Shown: positions 28,604 to 38,273, counted from the stretch's first letter. The stretch is DNA of 49,104 bases from Solirubrobacterales bacterium (GCA_035695265.1 DASSEM010000010.1:1-49104), one strand, 5' to 3'. Made by a program: numbers and translations. Notes: a model not told the origin generated them from the sequence alone.

Positions 28604-29002
28604 CTAGGCCTTCTTCGCAGCGGCCACCTCGTCCGCGGGCGGCTTGAACCCGCGCTCCGCCGCGGACTTGCTCTCGGCCGTCGCCGCCGGGTCGTCCTTG
28701 GGTTCCTCGACCTCGCGGCCGGACGAGGACCCGGGCACACCCGGGGGGCCTGGAGCCGGGTTGCCGATCCGGGATCGGAGGACGTAGGCGAGCCCGACGG
28801 CTACAGCCGCCCCTGCGGCGATCAGCGGCAGCCTGCGCCGGGTTCCCGACCGATCGCTTTCGGCCAGCGTCTCGGCGACGTCGGCAGCGGCGTCGCGGAT
28901 CGCGGCCGCATAGGCGGCGGCGTCGGCGCGGACGCCGTCGATCGCGTCGAGCGCGCGATCGACGGGTCGCTTCGGCTTGCGGGCGAACGGGTTCGCGATC
29001 AT
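28604..29002 (-). CDS. Hypothetical single-pass membrane protein
   Basis: ATG at 29002, 7 nt after GGAGG. It has one TM segment (LPLIAAGAAVAVGLAYVL) and a Pro/Lys/Glu-rich tail. The track ORF (to 29497) is overextended into the CoA-transferase gene. Confidence 0.5.
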   Translation of the reverse strand: MIANPFARKPKRPVDRALDAIDGVRADAAAYAAAIRDAAADVAETLAESDRSGTRRRLPLIAAGAAVAVGLAYVLRSRIGNPAPGPPGVPGSSSGREVEEPKDDPAATAESKSAAERGFKPPADEVAAAKKA

Positions 29003-29052
29003 CGGATACCTCCGGTTCGGGGTTGGCAACCCCTTGCCCCGTTCCGGCCACG

Positions 29053-30186
29053 CTAATCGCTCCCGATCGCCTCCCGGTAGGCGGCGATCTCGTCCGGCTC
29101 GAGCCCCCAGGCCGCGAGCGCGGCTTCGGTGTCGGCGCCGGGCTCCGGCGGCGGGGCGGGCGGCTCGCTCGCGGTCCGGCTGAATCTGGGGGCCGGGGCG
29201 GGCTGCAGGCGTCCGCCGAGGGCGATGAAGCTGTCGCGGGCGGCGTTGTGGGGATGTCCGGGCGCCTCGTCGAGGCCGAGGACGGGGGTAGCGCAGGCCT
29301 CGGCCGGCTCGAGGAGCGCTGCCCACTCCTCCCGCGTCCTGGTCCGGAAGACGGCCGCGAAGCGCTCCTTCAGCTCCGGCCAGCGCGCGCGGTCCATCTG
29401 CGGGAACTCGCCCGGGTCGAGCTCGAGCAGCTCGAGCAGCCTCGCGTAGAACTGCGGCTCGAGCGCGCCGACCGCGATGTGGCCGCCGTCCGCGCACTCG
29501 TAGACCTCGTAGAAGTGGGCGCCGGAGTCGAGGAGGTTGGTTCCGGGGGGATCACTCCACATCCCGATCGCGCGCATCGCGTGGATCAGGGTCATCATCA
29601 CCGACGCACCCTCGACCATCGAGGCATCGACGACCTGCCCCCGCCCCGAGTCGCGTGCCTCGATCACCGCCGCGAGGACCCCGAGCGCGAGCAGCATCCC
29701 GCCGCCGCCGAAGTCGCCGACGAGGTTCAGCGGGAAGAGCGGCCGCTCGCCTTCCCGGGCCATCGACCCCAGCGCCCCCGACAGCGCGACGTAGTTGATG
29801 TCGTGGCCGGCGGTCCCGGCCATCGGCCCGTCCTGCCCGTAGCCGGTCATCCGTCCGTACACGAGCCGCGGATTGCGGGCGGCGGCGTCCTCGGGCCCGA
29901 TTCCGAGGCGCTCCATGACGCCCGGCCGGAAGCCCTCGACCAGTGCGTCCGCCTCCCCGCACAGGCGCAGGACGAGGTCCCGTCCGGCCGCCGACTTGAG
30001 GTCGCATGCCACCGAGGGCCGGCCCCGGTGCATGAAGTTCCACGCGCCCGAGCCGAGGCCCGCGTCGCCGCCGGCGCGCTCGAGCCGGACCACGTCGGCG
30101 CCCATGTCGGCCAGCATCATCGCCGCGAACGGCCCCGGCCCGATCGAGGCGATCTCGACCACCTTGACTCCGTGCAGCGGCCCCAT
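29053..30186 (-). CDS. Family III CoA-transferase (CaiB/BaiF; alpha-methylacyl-CoA racemase-like)
   Basis: N-terminus MGPLHGVKVVEIASIGPGPFAAMMLADMGADVVRLER closely resembles the Mcr/CaiB family. ATG at 30186. Confidence 0.85.
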   Translation of the reverse strand: MGPLHGVKVVEIASIGPGPFAAMMLADMGADVVRLERAGGDAGLGSGAWNFMHRGRPSVACDLKSAAGRDLVLRLCGEADALVEGFRPGVMERLGIGPEDAAARNPRLVYGRMTGYGQDGPMAGTAGHDINYVALSGALGSMAREGERPLFPLNLVGDFGGGGMLLALGVLAAVIEARDSGRGQVVDASMVEGASVMMTLIHAMRAIGMWSDPPGTNLLDSGAHFYEVYECADGGHIAVGALEPQFYARLLELLELDPGEFPQMDRARWPELKERFAAVFRTRTREEWAALLEPAEACATPVLGLDEAPGHPHNAARDSFIALGGRLQPAPAPRFSRTASEPPAPPPEPGADTEAALAAWGLEPDEIAAYREAIGSD

Positions 30187-30288
30187 CAGGCGGCAAGCGT
30201 ATTGAGGTAGCGGGTTCGTACGTCCCTGGTTCGCGAATTGGCACCGAAGGGTGATGAAACCCATGTCGTCGCGGGCAAAGCTGAGCCC

Positions 30289-31118
30289 ATGCGGATCGAG
30301 TCCATCGAATCGGCGGCCATGCCGCCGAAAGATTGGACTCGATCGCGGGACGAGGCGATCGCCAGGGTCGCAGGCGTGCAACACGGCGTCATCGCGCTTT
30401 CACAGCTCGCCGAGCTCGGGCTCAGCCCCCGCGCCGTCACCGACCGCGTCGCGGCCTGCCGCCTCCATCGCATCCACCGCGCCGTCTTCGCCGTCGGGCA
30501 TCGGAGCCTGACCCGCGAGGGCCGCTGGATGGCGGCCCTGCTCACCGCCGGCATCGGCGCCGCCCTCAGCCATCAGGCCGCCGGGGCCCACCACGGTCTG
30601 CTGCGCTGGTCAGGGCGCCCGATCGTGACGGTGCCCTCATGGCGGGCATCGACGGAAGCGATCGAGTTCCACCGTACCCGGCTGCCGAACGACGAAGGGG
30701 CCTCACCGACCGGCTTTCGCTACCCGACCTCCTCGCCCGCCACCGCGGTCGGCGGGGAGCGAGCGCACTGCAGTCTGTGCTCGCCGACCTAGACGCCGGC
30801 GCCGGCGTGCCGGACGGTGAGCTGGAGGTCCGCTTCGCGCGTTTCATCGCCGACCATGGGCTGCAGGAGCCGCTCCACAACCTCGGGATCGACCTCGGCG
30901 ACCGGGCAGTGATCGTCGACTGCGCCTGGCCCCGGCGTCGGCTGGTCGTCGAGCTCGATGGCCACGCGGTCCATGCCCGACGGATCCAGATCGACTCCGA
31001 CAAGGAACGCGATCGGGCACTGATGCTGGCCGGCTGGCGCGTGATCCGCGTCACCTGGCGTCACCTGCACGAGGGCCGGGAGAAGCTGGCCGCCGACCTG
31101 CGCCATCTCCTCGGCTGA
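30289..31118 (+). pseudogene. Frameshifted and internally shortened paralogue of the wHTH-DUF559 gene
   Basis: The N-terminal half (VAGVQHGVIALSQLAELGL...RLHRIHRAVFAVG...EFHRTRLPNDE) reads in one frame and stops at 30792. The C-terminal half (RGLTDRLSLPDLLA...GELEVRFARFIADHGL...VDCAWPRRRLVVELDGHAVH...GWRVIRVTW) reads in another frame to 31118. The switch point is near the G run at about 30688-30700. About 35 aa are missing relative to the copy at 20028-20990. Confidence 0.65.
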
Positions 31119-31121
31119 AGC

Positions 31122-32159
31122 TCAGTCCCTGTCCATCGGGTGGTGGCAGGCGGCGTAGTGCCCGCCGCCGTGATCGATCAGGAGCGGCTCCTCGGTCGAG
31201 CAGATCCCGGTCGCGCGCGGGCAGCGGGTGTGGAAGCGGCAGGCCGGCGGTGGATCGGCGGGGCTCGGAACGTCACCCTCGAGGACAACCTGGGAGCGGG
31301 CGGCGTTGGCGCGCGGATCGGGGATCGGGACCGCGGAGAGGAGCGCGTGGGTGTAGGGGTGGATCGGGTTGTCGTAGACGGCCTCGGCCGGCCCGATCTC
31401 GACGATCTTGCCGAGGTACATCACCGCGATCCGGTCGGCGACGTGGCGGACGACCGAGAGGTCGTGGGCGACGAAGATGTAGGTGAGCCCGTAGTCGTCC
31501 TGGAGGTCCTCGAGCAGGTTGATGATCTGGGCCTGGATCGAGACGTCGAGGGCCGAGACCGGCTCGTCGGCGATGATCAGCTTCGGACGCAGCGAGAGCG
31601 CCCGCGCGATCCCGATCCGCTGCCGCTGACCGCCCGAGAACTCGTGCGGGAAGCGGTTGTAGTGCTCGGGGTTGAGCCCGACCGTCTCGAGCAGGTCTTG
31701 GACCACGCCCTTGACCTCGTCCCGCTTGACGATCCCGTGGAGGAGCATCGGGTCACCGATGATCTGCGCGATCCGCTTGCGCGGGTTCAGCGATGAATAC
31801 GGGTCCTGGAAGACCATCTGCATGTCGGAGCGCAGCTTTCGGGCCTGGCGGCGCCCGAGGCCGACGATCTCGCGGCCCTCGAAGCGGACCGAGCCCGCGG
31901 TCGGCGGGATCAGCTGGAGGATCGAGCGGGCCAGGGTCGACTTGCCGCAGCCCGACTCGCCGACCAGCCCGAGCGTCTCGCCGCGGTCGACCGTGAAGGA
32001 GACGTCGTCGACCGCCTGCACCGCGCCGATCTGGCGGTCGATCAGGATCCCCGCCTTGATCGGGAAGTGCTTGACGAGGTTCTCGACGACGAGGATCGGC
32101 TCCTCGGTGCCGGCGATCTCGCCGGCGGCGCGGGGATCGACCGCGGCTCCGGCGCTCAT
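31122..32159 (-). CDS. Peptide ABC transporter ATP-binding protein (OppF/DppF-like)
   Basis: Walker A GESGCGKST, signature FSGGQRQR, Walker B LIIADEPVSALD, and a C-terminal Cys motif CRFHTRCP. The ATG at 32159 overlaps the upstream stop (ATGA). Confidence 0.9.
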   Translation of the reverse strand: MSAGAAVDPRAAGEIAGTEEPILVVENLVKHFPIKAGILIDRQIGAVQAVDDVSFTVDRGETLGLVGESGCGKSTLARSILQLIPPTAGSVRFEGREIVGLGRRQARKLRSDMQMVFQDPYSSLNPRKRIAQIIGDPMLLHGIVKRDEVKGVVQDLLETVGLNPEHYNRFPHEFSGGQRQRIGIARALSLRPKLIIADEPVSALDVSIQAQIINLLEDLQDDYGLTYIFVAHDLSVVRHVADRIAVMYLGKIVEIGPAEAVYDNPIHPYTHALLSAVPIPDPRANAARSQVVLEGDVPSPADPPPACRFHTRCPRATGICSTEEPLLIDHGGGHYAACHHPMDRD

Positions 32160-33190
32160 GCCGCCGGGTCCTCGAGCCCGATCGCCCCGGACGAGACGAC
32201 CCGCAGCTCCCGCTTCCGGTCGGGCGAGAGCCAGCAGCGGTCGGCGTGGCCCTCCGCTCCGGCCCGCGGCTCGAGCCCGGGATGCTCGGAGCAGCGGTCG
32301 AACTCGTGGGGGCAGCGATTGCGGAAGTGGCAGCCGCTCGGCGGGTTGATCAGCGACGGCGGCTGGCCGGCGATCTGCGCGAGCCGCGTCAGCCGCGGCT
32401 GATCGACCCGGGTCAGCGAGCCGAGCAGCCCCCATGTGTAGGGGTGCTGGGGGTCGTAGAAGATCTGCTCGAGGGTCCCGGTCTCGACCCCCTCGCCCGC
32501 GTACATGACCATCACCCGGTCGGCGACCTCCGCGATCACGCCGAGGTCGTGGGTGATCATGATCACCGCCATCCCGAACTCCTGCCGGAGCCGCTCGATC
32601 AACCTCAGGATCTGCGCCTGGGTGGTCACGTCGAGGGCGGTCGTCGGCTCGTCGGCGATCAGCAGCTTCGGGTCGTTGGTGAGCGCCATCGCGATCATCA
32701 CCCGCTGGCGCATCCCGCCCGAGAACTCGTGCGGGTACTCGCCCATCCGCCGCTCGGCATCGGGGATGCCGACGAGCTCGAGCAGCTCTACCGCGCGCGC
32801 CCGGGCGGCCGCGTCGCCGAGGTCCTGGTGAACCTGGATCGCCTCGACGATCTGGCTGCCCACTCTGTAGAACGGATGGAGCGACGACAGCGGGTCCTGG
32901 AAGATCATCGCGATCCCGTTGCCGCGGATCTTCCGGAGCGCCTCGTCGTCCAATCCGGTCAGGTCGCGGCCCTCGAACAGGATCCGGCCGCTGATCGCCG
33001 CGTTGGAGGCGCGGGTCAGTCCGAGGATCGTCATGTTGGCGACGCTCTTGCCGGAGCCGGACTCACCGACGATCCCGAGCATCTCCCCCTCGCGGACCTC
33101 CAGGCTGATGCCGTCGACCGCCTTGACGACGCCCTCGTCGGTGTCGAAGTGGACCTTCAGGTCCTCGATCCGCAGCAGGGGCTCGCTCAT
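32156..33190 (-). CDS. Peptide ABC transporter ATP-binding protein (OppD/DppD-like)
   Basis: Walker A GESGSGKS, signature FSGGMRQR, Walker B LLIADEPTTALD, and C-terminal CHFRNRCP. The ATG at 33190 overlaps the permease stop. Confidence 0.9.
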   Translation of the reverse strand: MSEPLLRIEDLKVHFDTDEGVVKAVDGISLEVREGEMLGIVGESGSGKSVANMTILGLTRASNAAISGRILFEGRDLTGLDDEALRKIRGNGIAMIFQDPLSSLHPFYRVGSQIVEAIQVHQDLGDAAARARAVELLELVGIPDAERRMGEYPHEFSGGMRQRVMIAMALTNDPKLLIADEPTTALDVTTQAQILRLIERLRQEFGMAVIMITHDLGVIAEVADRVMVMYAGEGVETGTLEQIFYDPQHPYTWGLLGSLTRVDQPRLTRLAQIAGQPPSLINPPSGCHFRNRCPHEFDRCSEHPGLEPRAGAEGHADRCWLSPDRKRELRVVSSGAIGLEDPAA

Positions 33191-34182
33191 TCGTAGCGGA
33201 CCCTCGGGTCCAGGTAGGCGTAGACGATGTCGACGACGAGGTTCAGGGTGACGATGAAGAACGCCCCGAACAGCGTGATCCCCTGGATCATCGGCAGGTC
33301 GGTGCGCTTGATGGCGTTGAACGTCTCGGCCCCGATCCCGGGGATGTTGAAGACGGTCTCGGTGAGGATCGCGTTGCCGGCGAGGAGCACCGCGACGTCG
33401 AGCCCGAGCAGCGTCACGATCGGGGTGATCGCGCTGCGCAGCACGTGCTTGCCGATCACGCGGTTCTCGGGCAGCCCCTTCGCCCGCGCCGTGCGGATGT
33501 AGTCCTCCTGCATCACGTCGATCATCTGCGAGCGCAGGTAGCGGGCGTAGATCGCCGCCGTGGCGGCGGCGAGCACCGCCCACGGCAGCAGCATCGTCCC
33601 GCACTTGGCCAGGAACGAGTCGGCGTTGGCGTAGCTCCCGATCCCGGGGAAGATCGGGATGATCCCGACGTCCTGGGCGAACAGGTAGAGGGCGACGAGG
33701 CCGAGCCAGAACACCGGGGCCGAGATGAAGACAAGGGTCGTCACCATCGTCGTCCGGTCGAGCAGCGAGCGCTGGCGGATCGCGGAGATGATCCCGGTCG
33801 GGATCGCGACCACCATCCAGACGATCACGGCACCGAAGACGAGCAGCGCCGTCGCCGGCAGGTCGGAGATGATCACGTCCTTGACGTCGGCGTTCGACTG
33901 GTAGCTGCGGCCGAGGTAGAGCGGCCCGTGGGAATCGGTCCCGGGCAGGTCGAAGGGCGTGAACACGCCCTTCAGGTAGATCCAGAACTGGGTCAGCACC
34001 GACTTGTCGAGCCCCAGCGACTCGCGGATCGCCTGGATCTGGGCCTCGTTCGCCTGGCGGCCGGCGCGGAGCTGGGCCGGATCGGCGGTCGGGAAGACGT
34101 AGAAGAGGATGAAGACCACACCGCTGACGGCGACGAGCATCAGCAGCGCCCAGAGCAGCCGGCGGACGATGTAGCGGGCCAT
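33187..34182 (-). CDS. Peptide ABC transporter permease (OppB/DppB-like)
   Basis: N-terminus MARYIVRRLLWALLMLVAVSGVVFILF and EAA-loop region YIRTARAKGLPENRVIGKHVLR. Confidence 0.9.
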   Translation of the reverse strand: MARYIVRRLLWALLMLVAVSGVVFILFYVFPTADPAQLRAGRQANEAQIQAIRESLGLDKSVLTQFWIYLKGVFTPFDLPGTDSHGPLYLGRSYQSNADVKDVIISDLPATALLVFGAVIVWMVVAIPTGIISAIRQRSLLDRTTMVTTLVFISAPVFWLGLVALYLFAQDVGIIPIFPGIGSYANADSFLAKCGTMLLPWAVLAAATAAIYARYLRSQMIDVMQEDYIRTARAKGLPENRVIGKHVLRSAITPIVTLLGLDVAVLLAGNAILTETVFNIPGIGAETFNAIKRTDLPMIQGITLFGAFFIVTLNLVVDIVYAYLDPRVRYE

Positions 34183-34220
34183 GTGGTGAGTCCGGTGTCT
34201 GGATGGTCTCCGTGGGAGCC

Positions 34221-34247
34221 GGGGGCCCGCCCGCGGGCGGGCCCCCT
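34221..34247 (-). other. Perfect 12-bp GC hairpin between the SBP and permease genes (intra-operon RNA structure)
   Basis: GGGGGCCCGCCC (34221-34232), loop GCG, then GGGCGGGCCCCC (34236-34247). Confidence 0.7.
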
Positions 34248-34279
34248 TCTCTCACCAGCCTGCGATCAGCTCGCGCCGG

Positions 34280-36130
34280 TCACGGCTTCAACGAGGTGAA
34301 CGCCAGGTCCCAGTTGGCGTTCGACTTGTTGATCACGCCGGCCACGTCGGCCGACTGGATGTTGGCCTGGTCATCCCAGATGTAGGGGATGGCCGGCGCC
34401 TGCTCGGTGATCAGCGTGTCGACCTCGCCCCACGCCTGGTTGCGCTCTTCGAGGTCGTCGATCAGCTTCGCCTCGTTGATCGCGTCGTTGACCTCCTTGA
34501 CGTCGAGCTGCGGCCAGTTGGAGTTGTTCTCCGGCACCACGTTCTCGCCGTTGAACGTCGGGTCGAGCATCGACTGACCGTCGTTGAAGTCCTTCAGCCA
34601 GCCCACGTTCGGACACACCTCGGGCGCGTTCGACGGGGTGCTGCAGAACTTCGTGTACATGATGTCGTGCGCGACCTTCTGGTAGTTGACGTCGAAGCCC
34701 AGCTGCTCGAGCTGGTCCTCGGCGACCGCGGCCGTGTCCGACCCCGGAGGCGCGTCGTCACCGACCATCGTGATCTCGCACTCCGGGCCCTCGCACTTGC
34801 CGCTCTCGTAGCCGGCCTTCTTCATGTACTCCGCGGCCAGCTCCGGATCGCCCTCGGGGCTCGCCAGGAAGTCGAGGCCCGTTCCCTCGAGTCCGCCGGC
34901 CTCCTCGAAGCCGGGGAACTCCGGCGGCAGGAAGTGGGTCGCGACCGGTCCGGTCAGCTCGCCACCCCTGGTGTTGCGCAGGTCGACGCGGTTGGCGTTC
35001 GCGATCACGGCCTTGCGGACGTTGATGTCGTCGAACGGCGCCATCTGCGTGTTCAGCGCGATGTAGCGGTTGCCGCCGCTCGGGGTCAGCGTCAGCTGGC
35101 CCTCCTCGCCCTCGGTGGCGGCCTGTTTGATCGCGCTCGGCGGCGTCGTGAAGTCGCCGTTGACCAGGTGGCTGCCGGTGAGGACCTTCTTCGACGCCGA
35201 CACGGTGTCGGCGAAGCCCTCCTGGATCGTGACCTCGTCCAGGAACGCCGGCCGGAAGTCGCCCTCGGAGGCCTTCCAGTTCGGGTTGCGGACCAGGTGG
35301 ATCTCCTTGTTCGGCGTGTACCCGGTCAGCTCACCGTCGCAGTTGTCGGTGGGGTTGTCCGCGTCCTCGACGCAGGCGTTCGCGATCATGTACGGACCGG
35401 TCGCGACCTGGTGCTCGCCGTAGGTCGACGGGTTCTCGGCGTCGAACTCCTTGGCGTACTCCTCCGGGACCGGAGAGCTGACCGGCAGGGTCAGGGCGCC
35501 GATCACGCCGATCGAGCTCGTGTCGGTGAGCTCGATCTCCAGGGTCGTGTCGTCCGGAGCGGTGATGCCGCTGATCTCGGGGGCGCCCCCGGTCGGGTTG
35601 TCCTGCGCCTCCTTGATCGCCTCGTCCATGCCCTCGACGCCGGCCAGGTAGGTCTGCACGTACCCGTTCGGGACGCCGGGCAACAGCGACCGCTCGATCG
35701 CGTACTTGACGTCGTCGGCGGTGGCGACACGGCTCACGGGCGGCGAGAACTCGACGTCGTCGCGGAGCGTGTAGGTGACGGTCTTGCCGTCCTCGCTCAC
35801 CGTCGGCAGCTCGGTCGCCAGAAGCGGCGTCGATTCCTCGACGTCGGCCGGCGCGTACGCCGTGAGCGGCGACTGGGTGGCCGCGGTCACCATGTAGGTG
35901 AACTGGTAGTACGCCGCGCCCGGGTCGATGTAGTCGACGTCACTTGCCGCGACCACGTCAAGGCTGCCGCCCTGCTGGGCGTCGGCCGGTGGCTCGGTCG
36001 GCGCCGCGTACTGCTCCTGCGCCGCCTCGGTGTCTGAGCTCGTGCTGTCGTCCCCGCCGCAGGCGGCGAGCGCCAGCGCAGCTGCGAGGAGCATCCCGGG
36101 TATCAGGACCCGGAGGACCTTCATGCGCAT
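34280..36130 (-). CDS. Peptide/nickel ABC transporter substrate-binding lipoprotein (family 5, OppA/DppA-like)
   Basis: Lipoprotein signal MRMKVLRVLIPGMLLAAALALAACGG and the typical family-5 layout. The ATG at 36130 is preferred over the TTG at 36178. Confidence 0.85.
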   Translation of the reverse strand: MRMKVLRVLIPGMLLAAALALAACGGDDSTSSDTEAAQEQYAAPTEPPADAQQGGSLDVVAASDVDYIDPGAAYYQFTYMVTAATQSPLTAYAPADVEESTPLLATELPTVSEDGKTVTYTLRDDVEFSPPVSRVATADDVKYAIERSLLPGVPNGYVQTYLAGVEGMDEAIKEAQDNPTGGAPEISGITAPDDTTLEIELTDTSSIGVIGALTLPVSSPVPEEYAKEFDAENPSTYGEHQVATGPYMIANACVEDADNPTDNCDGELTGYTPNKEIHLVRNPNWKASEGDFRPAFLDEVTIQEGFADTVSASKKVLTGSHLVNGDFTTPPSAIKQAATEGEEGQLTLTPSGGNRYIALNTQMAPFDDINVRKAVIANANRVDLRNTRGGELTGPVATHFLPPEFPGFEEAGGLEGTGLDFLASPEGDPELAAEYMKKAGYESGKCEGPECEITMVGDDAPPGSDTAAVAEDQLEQLGFDVNYQKVAHDIMYTKFCSTPSNAPEVCPNVGWLKDFNDGQSMLDPTFNGENVVPENNSNWPQLDVKEVNDAINEAKLIDDLEERNQAWGEVDTLITEQAPAIPYIWDDQANIQSADVAGVINKSNANWDLAFTSLKP

Positions 36131-36181
36131 CGTCGTTCCTTTCGTTTCGGAGTCGTCGTTGATGTTCGATTCGGACAAGGC

Positions 36182-37249
36182 TCAGGACCTCCGCTTGCGC
36201 GGGTTGAGTGCATCCTGCATGGCGTCGCCGACGAAGTTGAAGGCGAGCACCGTGAAGACGAGGGCGAGGCCGGGGAACAGCATGTACCACCAGGCGTCGC
36301 TGAAGACCGGGGTGGCCTCGGCGATCATCTGCCCCCAGCTCGGCTGGTCGGTGACCCCGACGCCGAGGAACGAGAGCGCCGCCTCGTAGAGGATCACCTG
36401 CGGGATCAGGATCGAGGCGTAGACGACGATCGGCGCGGTCAGGTTCGGCAGCAGCTCCCGGAAGACGATCCGCAGGTCGGAGGCGCCCATCGACCGCGAC
36501 GCCTCGACGAACTCCTTCTCGCGCAGCGACAGCACCTGACCGCGGACGATCCGCGCCATGTAGGTCCAGCTCGTGAAGGCGATCACGAAGATGACGACGC
36601 CGAGACCGGGCTTGATCAGGCCGCCGAGGCAGCCGGCGCCGCCGCCGCTGGTCTGCCCGAGCGTGCAGGCGGCCGCCAGCCCGGTCGCGAGCAGCAGGTA
36701 GGGGATCGCCAGCAGGACGTCGACCCCGCGCGAGATCACGGTGTCGGTCCAGCCGCGGTAGTAACCGGCGAGGAGCCCGGCGATGACCCCGAACACGGTC
36801 GCGAGCAGGGTCGCCGCGAAGGCGACGATCAGCGAGACCCGCGCTCCGTAGATCGTCCGGCTGAAGACGTCGCGACCGAGCTGGTCGACGCCGAACCAGT
36901 GGTCCGCGGAGGGCCCGGTCGGGGTCACGAAGAGCGGATCGAGGGCGGCCGTGTCGCGGGCATCGGGGTCGGGGGCCCCGGCGAGCGAGACGATCGCCGG
37001 GGCGAAGATCGCGACCAGGATGAGGAGCGCGATGAAGCCGAGCGAGAAGATCGCGACCCGGTCCTCGCGAAAGCGGTTCCAGAAGAGCCGGCCGGGCGAG
37101 GCGGGCGGAGCCATGAAGTCGGACTCAACGAGCTCCGCTGAAGCGCCGACGGGGGCTTCGTTCTCTTCACGGAACTGGCTGGCTTCCAATCTGCCCCATT
37201 CGGGTTGGATGGACGCGAGGCCCGCGGGCCTCCCTGTGGCCGGGCTCAC
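36182..37249 (-). CDS. Peptide ABC transporter permease (OppC/DppC-like)
   Basis: LFWNRFREDRVAIFSLGFIALLILVAIFAP and EAA-loop FVEASRSMGASDLRIVFRELLPN. The start is uncertain (GTG 37249 or ATG 37114). Confidence 0.85.
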   Translation of the reverse strand: MSPATGRPAGLASIQPEWGRLEASQFREENEAPVGASAELVESDFMAPPASPGRLFWNRFREDRVAIFSLGFIALLILVAIFAPAIVSLAGAPDPDARDTAALDPLFVTPTGPSADHWFGVDQLGRDVFSRTIYGARVSLIVAFAATLLATVFGVIAGLLAGYYRGWTDTVISRGVDVLLAIPYLLLATGLAAACTLGQTSGGGAGCLGGLIKPGLGVVIFVIAFTSWTYMARIVRGQVLSLREKEFVEASRSMGASDLRIVFRELLPNLTAPIVVYASILIPQVILYEAALSFLGVGVTDQPSWGQMIAEATPVFSDAWWYMLFPGLALVFTVLAFNFVGDAMQDALNPRKRRS

Positions 37250-37331
37250 AGTAGCGCTCCCATACGGACGCCCTTCCGTTCGACCAACTGAACTCGTACC
37301 CTTGTCCAGGCTCGCGGAAACGCGAAACGGC

Positions 37332-38273
37332 TCAGTCCGCCGGCGCGAGGTGCCGTCGCAGGAAGGCGGCGACGTCGTCGAGGGCGCCGCGGGAGGTGGC
37401 CAGCAACCCCGCGAAGACCTGGAAGTCGTGGAACTGGCCAGCGAAGCGCTGCAGCTCGACCTCGACCCCGGCGGCGTAGGCGCGATCGGCGAAGCGGGTC
37501 GAGTCGTCGAGCAGGATGTCGTCGGTGCCGGCCTGGACGAGCGTCGGGGGCAGCGTCCGCAGCTCCGCGAACAGCGGCGAGATCCGCGGGTCGTCGAGGT
37601 GGAGGCCCCCGGCGTGGCTGCGGGCCGAGCCCACCAGCCAGCGGCGGCTCAGCATCGGGTCGCGATCGCCGACGAGGCCGACGCTCGCCCCCGACAGGGA
37701 GAGGTCGAGCCAGGGCGAGATCAGGACCATCGCCGCCGGCGAGGGCAACCCCATCTCGCGCAGCGAGCGCACGGTCGAGACGGCGATCCCGCCCCCGGCC
37801 GAGTCGCCGACGACGGCCGTGCGGCGCGGGTCGTGGCCGAGCTCGAGCATCGCGCGGTAGGCGGCGAAGGCATCGTCGGTGGGGGCCGGCTGCGGGTGCT
37901 CGGGCGCCAGCCGGTAGTCGGGCATGTAGACGTCGGCGCCGGTGACCGCGGCGATCCACGAGGCGAAGCCGACGTAAGTCTCGCCGCCGCCGATCTCGAA
38001 GCCGCCGCCGTGGACATAGAGGATCGCGTCCCGGGTCGAGGGATCGACCGGTCCGACGCCGGCGCCCGCCCGCCGCAGCCGCCTGATCGACAGCTCGCCC
38101 GCCCAGAGCTCGCTGCGCTCGATCCCGCCGGCCCCGCCCAGGATCCGGGTCATCGCTTCGACCCAGCGGCGCTGGAACCGGATCGGCAGCCGCGACCCGA
38201 GCACCGGCTTGAAGAACAGCCGCAGGCTCAGCCGTGAAAGCGCGGTCAGAAGGCCCTGCATCTCGTCGGGCAC
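37332..38273 (-). CDS. Alpha/beta-fold esterase/lipase, hormone-sensitive-lipase (family IV) type
   Basis: Oxyanion motif YVHGGGF and nucleophile motif GDSAGGG. The start is GTG 38273 or ATG 38261. Confidence 0.85.
   Translation of the reverse strand: MPDEMQGLLTALSRLSLRLFFKPVLGSRLPIRFQRRWVEAMTRILGGAGGIERSELWAGELSIRRLRRAGAGVGPVDPSTRDAILYVHGGGFEIGGGETYVGFASWIAAVTGADVYMPDYRLAPEHPQPAPTDDAFAAYRAMLELGHDPRRTAVVGDSAGGGIAVSTVRSLREMGLPSPAAMVLISPWLDLSLSGASVGLVGDRDPMLSRRWLVGSARSHAGGLHLDDPRISPLFAELRTLPPTLVQAGTDDILLDDSTRFADRAYAAGVEVELQRFAGQFHDFQVFAGLLATSRGALDDVAAFLRRHLAPAD

Noticed and set aside
29003-29052. The small hairpin GGGGTT-GGC-AACCCC as a terminator for the CoA-transferase gene
   Set aside because: It has only a 6-bp stem, no U tract on the transcribed (minus) strand, and it is immediately followed by the SD and ATG of the next gene. 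The evidence is too weak to call.
28604-29497. A 297-aa minus-strand ORF
   Set aside because: The upstream two thirds overlap the 3' end of the CoA-transferase gene in another frame and are Arg/Ala/Pro-rich. An internal ATG (29002) with a well-spaced GGAGG gives a plausible 132-aa membrane protein instead.
32156-34255. A 699-aa minus-strand ORF that suggests a fused permease-ATPase
   Set aside because: Its N-terminal half is an out-of-frame overlap with the OppB-like permease gene (33187-34182), which has its own clear frame. The ATPase starts at the ATG at 33190 (MSEPLLRIEDLKVHF) with an ATGA overlap.
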